Assembly: GCF_009914755.1 (NCBI RefSeq) | Contig: NC_060947.1 | Direction: 5' to 3' (one strand) | Origin: the human T2T-CHM13v2.0 reference genome, Homo sapiens | DNA: 64,000 bases | Shown here: positions 44,100-55,519 of the stretch, in pieces | Layout: each line of letters starts with the position of its first letter | Numbering within the stretch: position 1 is the first letter of the stretch | Translations under genes and position numbers: made by a program | Notes under the pieces: model-generated | What the model saw: the letters and a program-made list of their open reading frames with translations, nothing else | Databases searched by the model: none | Told to the model about the DNA's origin: nothing

Positions 44100-44231
44100 T
44101 GAGTGTTGTCTCGCTCTGGCGTCAGAGCCGTCGTGGCTCGTTCCATTCTCGGCGGTGGTACCTGCTCCCGGTGGCCCTGAGGACGTGTGGGCCAGGGGCG
44201 GCCCCGAAATTAGGAAGCGGAGGGGGAGCAG
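44100..44231 (+). other. BEX4: BEX4 non-coding exon 1a (5' end approximate)
   Basis: Strong donor CAG|GTAAGG at 44231/44232, just downstream of the promoter motifs. Confidence 0.7.
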
Positions 44232-44439
44232 GTAAGGAACCCGGCGGGGGGTCCCTGGGGTTGGTGTGAGGGAGTGGCTCCGGCCTGCGGATGCCCACCC
44301 CGGGGGAGCCGTGCGGAGAAGCAATCGGTCCGCGATGCAGCCCCCGGGCCCCGCGGCGGGCCCGCGAGCCTTCCTTGAGCGGAGAGGTGCCCGGCCCGGA
44401 GGGAGCCGGCGGTCCTGGGGCTACGACCCTTCGGAAACA

Positions 44440-44508
44440 CCTGCCTACGCCATCAGCGCAAGCTTTTCCGACACCCCTGCCCCGCACTTCTTGGTGCAGA
44501 AAATGGTG
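44440..44508 (+). other. BEX4: Putative alternative first exon 1b containing ATG 44503 (5' end unknown)
   Basis: gcagaaaATGGTG|gtcagc candidate donor, followed by intronic G-runs; in frame with exon 2 and the CDS. Confidence 0.45.
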
Positions 44509-44557
44509 GTCAGCTTGCGGGGCGGGGCGGCTGAGGCGGGGGGCGAGGGTGGCGAGG

Positions 44558-44587
44558 AGGGCCAGGGCCAGGGCCAGGGCCAGGGCC
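44558..44587 (+). repeat. (AGGGCC)5 hexamer repeat in a G-quadruplex-prone tract
   Basis: Five perfect units, flanked by further GGGG runs across 44519-44620. Confidence 0.9.
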
Positions 44588-44681
44588 TCGGGGCGGGGCG
44601 GGGGAGGGGCCGGATGGGGGTAGTTCCTAGCTAGCGTTCTGCTGCAGCAGCCCCCACTTCCCCCACCCCGGCAGTCTGCAG

Positions 44682-44757
44682 GTCTGCGGGGCTAAGTGTC
44701 GCGGCGGCGCACCTCGCGTCAAGAATCCGGAGGAGGAGACTGCAAGGATAGGCCCAG
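44682..44757 (+). other. BEX4: BEX4 exon 2 (76 nt; alternative acceptor gives start 44675)
   Basis: C-rich tract, tandem CAG acceptors ending 44674 and 44681, donor CAG|GTCGGT at 44757/44758. Confidence 0.75.
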
Positions 44758-45146
44758 GTCGGTGCGAGGGTCGGTGGTGAGGCGGGGGCCGGAACGTGAG
44801 GAAAGCCCAGTCTGAGACCCTAATCCATGCCTTCACCCTCGCCCCCCTCTACCCCATGCAACCCTCCCCTTCCCACACGCCATCCTCGTCCTCCATTTTG
44901 CTGCCTGCGGAAGCCTGGAGATGGATCTACAGGGAAAATGGTGGGCTTTGCGGAAGGGAGGGGCTCGGATTGAGGGCACCCCACAGGGCATACTGGCTTC
45001 TCAGGTGGAAAAAAATGAAATGTTAGAGTATAAAGTCAAGTCCAGGGCTCTGAATTTTAAAAGGTGCCTAGTAGGGCCTCTGTCCTCAGTGCTTATCAGT
45101 CCACCAAGAATTCAGCCCATTTTCTCTCTCTTGTCTCCTAGGAGTA

Positions 45147-45509
45147 ATGGAGTCCAAAGAGGAACTAGCGGCAAACAATCTCAACGGGGAAAATGCCCAA
45201 CAAGAAAACGAAGGAGGGGAGCAGGCCCCCACGCAGAATGAAGAAGAATCCCGCCATTTGGGAGGGGGTGAAGGCCAGAAGCCTGGAGGAAATATCAGGC
45301 GGGGGCGAGTTAGGCGACTTGTCCCTAATTTTCGATGGGCCATACCTAATAGGCATATTGAGCACAATGAAGCGAGAGATGATGTAGAAAGGTTTGTAGG
45401 GCAGATGATGGAAATCAAGAGAAAGACTAGGGAACAGCAGATGAGGCACTATATGCGCTTCCAAACTCCTGAACCTGACAACCATTATGACTTTTGCCTC
45501 ATACCTTGA
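45147..45509 (+). CDS. BEX4: Brain-expressed X-linked protein 4 (BEX/TCEAL family), 120 aa
   Basis: MESKEELAANNLNGENAQQENEGGEQ...RRLVPNFRWAIPNR...PDNHYDFCLIP is recognisable as BEX4. Acceptor tttctctctcttgtctcctag ends at 45141, 5 nt before the ATG. Confidence 0.97.
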   Translation: MESKEELAANNLNGENAQQENEGGEQAPTQNEEESRHLGGGEGQKPGGNIRRGRVRRLVPNFRWAIPNRHIEHNEARDDVERFVGQMMEIKRKTREQQMRHYMRFQTPEPDNHYDFCLIP

Positions 45510-45989
45510 ATCCTAAAAGTTTTCGCTGAGGTTAATGTGAACACTGCTTTACAAGCTTGTATTTTTGTGATTTACTTTTTCTGTAAGCCTTTTGGGGTTT
45601 ACACTTACCAGTTTCTAATGGAAATTAGAATTCTAATTGAATATTGTTTTGTCTCAGCCTAAAAGTTACGGTCAGCATGGCAATTCACCTATTTTAGGAA
45701 AAATACTCTTTTCATAATATGAAATGCATAAAGCAGTTCAAAAAGCAGTCTGTATTCCATCATCTTCCTTTTTCATTCCAGTCCTTATTTTTGTAAGTAT
45801 TACTTTTCCTCCTCCGGCTACCTGGACTCAAAATCTCAGTTGTCTTTGACAGTTTTTTTCTTGTCCCTGACCAAAAAAGAATGATCATACCCAGAATTCA
45901 ATGTTTGATATTTTAAGAATGTATGTTCTAGTGTTTTTCAGAGTGAGTCTACCATCTGTATAAAAACACCTTGGGGGCAGGCAGGGGCA

Positions 45990-46090
45990 TTTAAAAATGT
46001 AGGACCTATCGTCCAGACTCACAGAGTGGGGCTCCAGAATCTCCATTTTTAACAAACTCTCTTAAGTAATTCTGATGTGTACCAAAATCA
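45990..46090. mobile_element. MER5A-like DNA transposon fragment in the BEX4 3' UTR
   Basis: gtggggctccagaatctccatttttaacaaactc...taattctgatg. Confidence 0.55.
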
Positions 46091-46167
46091 GTGCCATTGG
46101 TGTGTGTGTACGTAACTATATACATATGTGTGTGTGTGTATATATATAATGTGTCATAACCGTAAAC

Positions 46168-46215
46168 AATAAACAATATCAAGATAAATCTGACTTTGAT
46201 GGGCAAGTAATTAAA
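46168..46215 (+). terminator. BEX4: BEX4 polyadenylation signals (AATAAA 46168-46173; ATTAAA 46210-46215)
   Basis: First canonical hexamers I found downstream of the stop codon. Confidence 0.7.
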
Positions 46216-48415
46216 AAAGAAAAGTATGAGACCTTAAAATAAGACTGATGATTATAGGAGTGGTAGGGACAGTGGCAAAGTTATTCACTGTGCAAAGCAA
46301 AACATGCCTGAAGGTCACAGCCTGAGGAACTCAGAATTCATCACCCCTGTCAGCAGTTTCACATCCAGATCTCATTTTATTCTTAGAACAACCTATAAAA
46401 TCTGTATTGTTATCCCACTTTTACAGATGAGGTCACTGGGGCTTAGAGATGTTAAGTACCAAGGCTAACTCCTGCTGAATATCTTGGGGGTGGGGGAATC
46501 CAGCCTGGGCCATTTTCTATTGGACCTTATCATCTGGAGATGCAGAATATTTGACTTTTGTAACTTGATGACAAGCTGAGGATGGTAAAAGAGACTCAGC
46601 AAGAATGGGGCTGTTTTTCTATACACTGTTTTTCTACATCTCAAGTACACTTTAATTTTTAGAATATTGAGGGATAAAAAAAGTAAGATCCTCTAGTGTT
46701 GTTCAAAGTTAGGATTGCCACTCTATGGCTCTTGAAATCAGTTTTGTGGGTTACAACAAGCAATTTTTTAAAAAGAGAACAAAAGTCATCCTATCACCCG
46801 TGAGTAGTGTTAAGAATTGTTTTGGAGAAAATAATGTGTTCTATGTAGTAAATATTGCCACCTTTATGATGTATTTCTAACTAGATCACAGTGAAAAAAG
46901 AATGAAAATCACTTATTTGGTGCAAACTTGGTTTCACAAGTGAAGAATTGTTAAGAAAGCGATTTTTCCTAAGGTCATACAGCCAATTAGTGAAAGCTGT
47001 GACCACAGCCTTGGTGCTTCAGGGTGCTTGTCTTCTCACCACATTGCCTCCACAAAGAATTATTTGGAAATTTTTGCATTATGTACTGATTGCCAATCAG
47101 TGTAAATGGAAAAGCATATACAACTTATGCAAAAATCACTTTATATGAACTTCACACTATTTAGTCATCAGAATTCCTGCATGTTCAACTGAGAACCACA
47201 TTTAAGGGAAACTCTGCCTCAGATAATTTTGGAGCTGGAGTGATCTTTCACCTGTCTAGAGGAAGAGGATGATATAGAGTCTGATTTGAAAATGCACAGT
47301 GGTGAACTCAGGCACTTCAAAAAGGCTAGTTGACTGAGTAGAGTCCATGAATGATCTTTTGGTTCCTCTGAAAATGAGTACTATGCCTTCTGGCAAAGAC
47401 CAATTGTGGATTTCCCAAAGTAGCCTCAATCTACCTCCCTCACAAAAAAAGCTAGCTGTGGGGGTGTGAGATCAGAACATGATTAGTTGAAAGAAAGCTG
47501 AAGCCTCCTCACTGGGGTTTTTGGGGGAGAATGAGGAATAAGGACAGACTTTCTGGAAGAAATAAAAGTGTCAATGCTTGGGTTCAGAATATGGTTTTTT
47601 GAAGTACCAAAATGAGCCCTGTCTCCTTGGTGTTTCTGGGAGAGTGGGATGATAAGAACAGAATTTGCTGGAAATGGTAAAGGTCAGGGAACGGGGTCAC
47701 AATGTAATTGGTTGAAGGAGAACTAAATTAAGACTCCTATCGTGGGAGTTTCTGTGATGGTAGGCGACGAGCACAAAACTTTAGAGGACATAACGTTCAG
47801 TGACCAGAACATGATCAGGAGCGTGATTGAAGAACTGAAGAAAACTCCCTTACCTCTGTGTTGCTGCAAGGGTGGAGGAGTAAAGAGAGAACTTTCTAGA
47901 AAAAGCTAGAGGGGGCTGGATCAGGTGACTGAAGAAGAACAGAGCTATCACAGCGAACACATTTATACATCCCATGGGAGGGTCAACTTTCCTTGATCTT
48001 GGTGGGCAATACATTTTGTCTTTTTAAGGTGACAACAGAGAGATGTCAGTGAATGCCTCTAAAGAGACTAGCAAGAAAGTATAATGACTCTTTTATAAAA
48101 ACCAACAAAAGCAAATAAACCAAGAGTGAAGAAAAAGGGCTAACACATTCATCCCTATCAGTGGTTTATACATTCATATTTGTAAAATTTTAGTTTCTTG
48201 AGGAAAATGTGCATGTTTTTATGGATTTTGGAGCAAAGCTTGGGAAGGATGCCTGTCAACTAATGCCTGGCAAATCTTCCAGAACTTAAGAGGAGAAAGA
48301 CTGACAAGACCTCTGAGAAGAGGAGAGTCAGTCTAATCTTACACAGCAGCATATGCTGCTGTCTTCATATTACAGAAATTGGAGATATCACTGAAGAAGT
48401 CTTTAAAAAGGCCAG

Positions 48416-49065
<650 letters not shown>

Positions 49066-49146
49066 GCCAGCAAGAAAAAGATTGAACTTCTAATGAAAAA
49101 AGCAAAAACAAATAAACAATTCAAATATAACAAGAATAAAATACCA

Positions 49147-52100
49147 GGAGAGGGGGTAAGACGGCCAATTAGATGCAGCCAGGAGGAACATCTCCCATGG
49201 AGGGACAGGACATCTACTGGCACACTCCTAGCAGATCTTCTGAGGGAAGACATTGAGAGCAGACAGAGGAGAGACACAGATGCTGCACTAAAGGGGGAGG
49301 AAACTGGGAACACTGCCCGGGACAGGTACACCAGGACTCATTCCTAGTCCCCAACTACTCCTGGGGAAGGGGTGAGATGAACAGGCAAAGAGCAACCAAC
49401 TGCCCACAGGCCTTTGGAATCCTGGCAGGAGGAGAACCTTGACCACTATGGACACTTGAATTGGCAGGGAGAGCTGCTCAGAGAAGTGGTAGGGGTAGAA
49501 CTCCAGCTAGAGTGGAGGCCAGAGGGTTTGGTGCAAGAGCATCTGCAGTGGGAGCATGGTCAGTGTTGCCCATCCCCCTAGGCTTGACTCGCTCCTATAG
49601 GAGACTTTAGCCCTAGGGCAACTGTGGGACCTGAACTCTGCAAAGCAATCTTGCCCAGGAGACGGAACCGGTCTGACCTGAGCACCTCTCAATCCGCTGG
49701 CCTCTGGCGGGGGCCCAGCGTAGCCGCGCCTGCTTGCAATGCAGCCCCCATGCCACATCATAGCTCCGGTGGGGGCGGATCTCACCTAACCAGCAGAATG
49801 CCCCAGCAGAACGGCCCCCGCTGACACGCACCAGCTCGCCCGCACTCTCCCCCAACTGTAGCCTCACCAGGCCGCTTTTCCCACATATACTCACCCTTGG
49901 CCACCCCCAATATCACTTTGCCAGTGCGTGTGTGCTGGCAGGCCGACCTTGCCTTCCCTCTCCCGCCAGCGCGGGTGTGCCTGTGCACCCGGCCATGCCA
50001 TTTTTGCTGGCGTGAGTGCACCCCGCCCCCTTCCCCAACCACCATTGTTGTTGGAGAGTTGGCAGGCAGAGTGCCCCACCCGTGTGCGTGGAAATGGCCT
50101 CCAGGTGCGAAACTAAGCACAGAGAAAAGTGGACCCGCCCCTGCCCTAAGAGGCCACTGCTGCCAGCTGGACCGCTCACAAAGGGCGCAAACACCACCAC
50201 CAGTGTGAACAGGCACACAGTCGCCGTCTGGGCCCTGTCACCGCCCGGCCCCCACAGCCGCGCTGTCAATGCTAGCCGCTGCTGCGAAGGCCCGCACAGA
50301 GGCCAGCAACACAACACCCATCAGTACCCTGTCGCAGCAGATGAGTGTGCACCCTACTATGCTGTAGCTGCAGATGCTACTGCCACATACGAACAAGGAT
50401 GGATCCCACTGCTACCGCCCTAGGAAGTGCTTTGGCTGGCACCACCCATCGTAGTGTGATAACCAGCAGTCTGGGAACACCTCAGCCGTTGTAGCACAGC
50501 AGGTTCCTAACCTCAAGGAGCCAGACAACAAAGTGGGGGCTGATGCCAGTCTCCCAGTGTTACAGCACATAGTCCAGGAGTCCTGAGCTGAACTTTGCCC
50601 CCCTAAAATCTTCCAGAAATGAAACCAGTCAACTGAACTATACCACAATGAAACCCGCAAGGTCATCAAATAGGATAAAAGAAAAAAAAAACATCCAAAG
50701 GACAGCAACTTCAAAGATTGAAGAAACATCAACACACAAAGATGAGAAAGAACCAGTGCAAGAACTCTGACAACTCAAAAAGCTAAGTGTCTTCTTTCCT
50801 CTAAATGACAGCAGCAGTTCTCAAGCAAGGATCCTTAACCAGAATGTGATGGCTGAAATGACAGAAATAGAATTAAGAATATGGATAGGAGCGAAGATGA
50901 TTGAGATCCAGGAGAATGTTGAAACCCAATCAAAGGAAGCTAAGAGTCACAATTAAAAGATATAGGGGCCGACAAACAAAATAGCCAGTATAGAAAAAAA
51001 ATGTAACCAACTCGATAGAGCTGAAGAGCACACTACAAGAATTTCATAAAGCAATTGCAAGCATTAACAACAGAATAGACCAAGCTGAGGAAAGAATCTC
51101 AGAGCTTGATGACTGAGTTTCTGAAATAAGACAATCAGATCAGAATAAAGAAAACAGAATGAAAAGGAATGAACAAAATCTCCATGAAATATGGGATTAT
51201 GTAAAAAGACTAAATCTATGACTCAAGTGACATCTCTGAAAGAGATGGGGAGAATGGAAGCAACTTGGAAAACATGTTTCAGGATATCATCCATGAGAAC
51301 TTCCCCAACCTGGCTAGAGAGGCTAATATTCAAATTCAGAAAATCCAGAGAACCTCCATAAAATACTTTACAAGATCACCTCCAAAACACAGAATCATCA
51401 GATTCTCCAAGGTTGAAATGAAGGAAAAAATGATAAAGGCAGCTAGAGAGAAAAGACAGGTAACCTCCAGAGGGAAGTCCATCAGACTAACAGCAGACCT
51501 CTCAGCTGAAACCCTACAAGCCAGAAGATTGGGGGCTTATATTCAACATTCTTAAAGAAAAGACATTCCAATGAAGAATTTCATATCCAGCAAAATTAAG
51601 CTTCATAAGTGATGGAGAAATAAGATATTGTTCAGACAAGCAAATTCTGAGGGAATTTGTTACCACCAGAACTGCCTTACAAGAGCTCCTGAAAGAAACA
51701 CTAAATATGAAGATAAAAGACCATTATTAGCCACTAAAAAAACACACTTAAGTACAGAGACCAATGACACTATAAAGCTACCACACAAACAGGTCTGCAT
51801 AATAATCAGCTACCATCATGATGATAGGATAAAATCCACCCATATCAATACTAACCTTAAATGTAAACAGGCTAAATGCCCCAATCAAAAGACACACGGT
51901 GGCAAGCCGGCTAAAGAACCAAGACCCTGAACTCAACACTGGGCCAAATGGACCGTTAGACATCTACAGAACTCTCTACCCAAAAATAACAGAATATACA
52001 CTCTTCTCATTGCCATGTGGCACATACTGTAAAATCGAACACATACTCGACCATAAAACAATCCTCAGCAAATGCAAAAGTGCTGAAATCATACCAACCA

Positions 52101-55100
52101 CTCTCTCAGACCACAGTACAGTAAAACTGGAAAACAAGATTAAGAAAATTGCTTAAAACCATACAATTACATGGAAATTAAACAACTCACTCCTGCATGA
52201 CACTTGGGTAAATAATGAAATTAAGGCAGAAATCAAGAAGTTCTTCGAAACTAATGAGAACAAAGATACAACATACCAGAACCTCTGGGACACAGCTAAG
52301 GGAGTGTTCAGAGGGAAATTTACAGCATTGAATGTGGACATCAAAAAGTTAGAAAGATCTCAGATTAACAACTTAACATCTTAACTAAAGAACCTAGAGA
52401 ACCAAGAGCAAACAAACCTCAAAGCTAACAGAAGACAATAAATAACCAAAGTGAGAGCTGAACAGAAGGAGACAGATACACAAAAAAACCATTCAAAACA
52501 TCAACAAATCCAGGAGCTGGTTTTTTGAAAAAAAAAAAAAAATGAGATAGATAAACTGCTAGCTAGACTAATAAAGAAGAAAAGAGAAATAATCCAAATA
52601 AACACTACCAGACACGACAAAGGGAATATTACCACTGATCCCACAGAAATACAAATAACCATCAGAGAATACTTTGGACACTTCTATGCACATAAACTAG
52701 AAAACCTAGGAAAAATGGATAAATTCCTGAACATATAACACCCTCCCAAGACTGAACCAAGAAGAAATTAAATCCCTGAACAAACCAGTTATGAGCTCCA
52801 AAAGTGACTCAGTAATATCCTACCAACTAAAAAAATCCCAGGACCAAATAGATTCACACCCAAATTCTACCAGATGTATGAAGAAGAGCTGGCACCATTC
52901 TTACTGAAATTCTGCCAAAAAATTGATGAGGAGGGACTCCTCCCCAACTCATTCTATGAGGCCAGCATCATCCTGATACCAAAACTGGGTAGAGATACAA
53001 CCAAAAAAGAAAACTTCAGGCCAATATCCCTAAAGAACATTGATGCAAAATCCTCAAAGAAATACTAGCAAATTAAATCCAATAGCACATCAAAAAGCTA
53101 ATCCACCATGACCAAGTGGGCTTAATCCCTGGGATGCAACATACACAACATACAAAAATCAATAAACATGATTCATCACATAAACAGAACTAAAGGCAAA
53201 AACCACCTGATCATCTCAATGGATGCAGAAAAAGCTTTTGATAAAATTCAACATTTCTTCATGTTAAAAACTCTCAGCAAACTAGATATTGAAGGAACAT
53301 ACCTCAAAATAATAAGTACCATCTATGACAAACCCAGAACCAACATCATACTGAATGAGCAAAAGCTGGAAGCATTCCCTTGAAAACCAGCACAAGACAA
53401 AGAAATCCTCTCTCATCACTCCTATTCAACATAGCACTGGAAGTTCTGGCCAGGGCAGTCAGGCAAGAGAAAGAAACAAAGGGCATTCACTTAGAGAGGA
53501 AGTCAAATTATTCCTGTTTGCAGATAATGTGATCCTATATCTAGAAAACCCTGTAGTCTCATCCCAAAAGCTTCTTAAGCTGATAAACAATTTCAGCTTT
53601 CAGGATACAAAGTCAATGTGCAAAAATTACTAGCATTGCTATATACCAACAACAGTTAAGCTGAAAGCCAAATCAGGAATGAACTCCTATTGACAATTGC
53701 TACAAAAAGCATAAAATACCTAGGAATTCAGCTAACTAGCAAGGTGAAAGATCTCCACAAGGAGAACTACAAAACACAAAGAAATCAAAGATGACACAAA
53801 CAAATGGAAAAACACTCCTTTCTTATGGATAAGAAGATCCAGTATTGTAAAAATGGCCATACTGCCCGAAGATATTTATATATTAAGGCTATTTCTACCA
53901 AACTACCAATGACATTCTTCACAGACCTAGGAAAAACTATTTTAAAATTCATATGTAATCAAAAACAGAGCCCAAATAGCCAAGGCCATCCTAAGCAAAA
54001 AGAACAAAGTAGGAGGCATTATGCTACCCAACTTCAAACTATACTACAGGGCTACAGTAACCAAAACAGCATGGTACTGGTACAAAAACAGACACATAGA
54101 CCAATGGAACAGAATAGATAACCCAGAAATAAGACTGCATACCTACAACTATCTGATTTTCGACAAACTAGACAAACACAAACAATGGGGAAAGGATTCC
54201 CTATTCAATAAGTGGTGCTGGGATAAGTGGCTAGCCATATGCAGAAGATTGAAACTGGACCCCTTCCTTATACTATATACAAACATCAACTCAAGATGGA
54301 TTAAAGACTTAAATGTAAAACTCCAAACTACAAAAACCCTGGAAGACAACCTAGGCAATACTATTCTGGACATAGGAACTGGCAAAGATTTCACAACAAA
54401 GACAACAAAAGCAATAGAAACAAAAGCAAAAATTGACAAATGAGATCTAATTAAACTAAAGAGCTTCTGCACAGCAACTAGCAACAGATTAAACAGGCAA
54501 CCTACACAACGAAAGAAAATATTTGCAACCTCTACATCTGACAAAGGTCTAATATTCAGAATCTACAAGGAACTTGAACAAACATACAAGCAAAAAACAA
54601 ACAACCCCATTAAAAGGTGGGCAAAGGATATGAGCACACACTTGTCAAAAGAAGACATACATGCGGTCAAGAAGCATATGGGAAAAATGGTCAATATAAC
54701 AAATCGTTAGAGAAATGCAAATCAAAATGAGATACCATCTCACATCAGTCAGAATGGCTAGTATTAAAAAGTCAAAAAATAGCAGATGCTAGTGAGGTTG
54801 TGGAGAAAAGGGTACGCTTATACACTGCTGGTGGGAGTGTAAATTAGTTCAACCATTGTAGAAAGCAGTGTGGTGATTCCTCAAGGAACAAAACCAGAAC
54901 TACTGTTCAACCCAGCAATCTCACTATTGGGTATACACCCAAAGGAATATAAATTGTTCTACCATAAAGACGCATGAATGCATATGTTCATTGCAGCACT
55001 ATACACAATAACAAAGACATGGAATCAACCTAAATGCCCATCAACAGTAGACTGGATAAATAAAATGTGGTACATATATACCACGGAATACTACACAGCC

Positions 55101-55449
55101 ATAAAAAAAGAACGAGATCATGTCCTTTGCAGGAACATGGATGGAACTGGAATCCATTATCCTTAGCAAACTAATGCAGGAAGAGAAAACCAAATACCAC
55201 ATGTTTTCACTAATAAGTGGGAGCTAAATGATGAGAACATGTGGACACAAAGAGGGAAAGAACAGACACTCATCCTACTTGATGGTGGAGAGTGGAAGGA
55301 GGGAGACGTTCAAGAGAAAAAGAAATTGGGTACTATGCTTAGTACCCAGGTGACAAAATAATCTGTACACCAAACTCCCAAGTCACAAGTATACTTGTAT
55401 AACAAACCTGCACATCTAACCCTGAACCTAAAATAATAGTTAAAAAAAA
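49147..55449 (+). mobile_element. Near full-length, inactive old primate L1 (L1PA13-16-like)
   Basis: 15-bp TSD aagaataaaatacca at 49132-49146 and 55450-55464. GC-rich 5' UTR, broken ORF1 (ENFPNLARE, IRLTADLSAETLQARR), broken ORF2 ([29 protein letters not shown]), poly-A. Confidence 0.95.
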
Positions 55450-55519
55450 AAGAATAAAATACCAAAACAGTTTGCCACTTTCAGTTCTTTCAGTCTGTAT
55501 CTACATGGGAGTAATTATT

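Larger units (their letters stand above)
43980..44800 (+). promoter_or_regulatory. BEX4: BEX4 CpG island / promoter
   Basis: Sharp rise in GC and CpG. GC boxes at 44036-44059, X-box-like gttggcgatgacaac at 44062-44076, E-box CACGTG at 44082-44087 in USF-type context. Confidence 0.9.

Noticed and set aside
43690-44836. Many overlapping ORFs in and around the CpG island
   Set aside because: Expected from stop-codon scarcity in GC-rich DNA; only ATG 44503 has splice and frame support
45086-45485. Two antisense ORFs (110 and 106 aa) and a shifted-frame 64-aa ORF overlapping BEX4
   Set aside because: Shadow frames of the real CDS with no independent promoter or splice support
49507-50423. Cluster of Pro/Ala/Cys-rich ORFs
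   Set aside because: They lie in the GC-rich L1 5' UTR and match no protein family I recognise
49147-55449. L1 as a potentially active element
   Set aside because: Many stops and frameshifts, RT motif FADD changed to FADN, and an endonuclease-domain deletion
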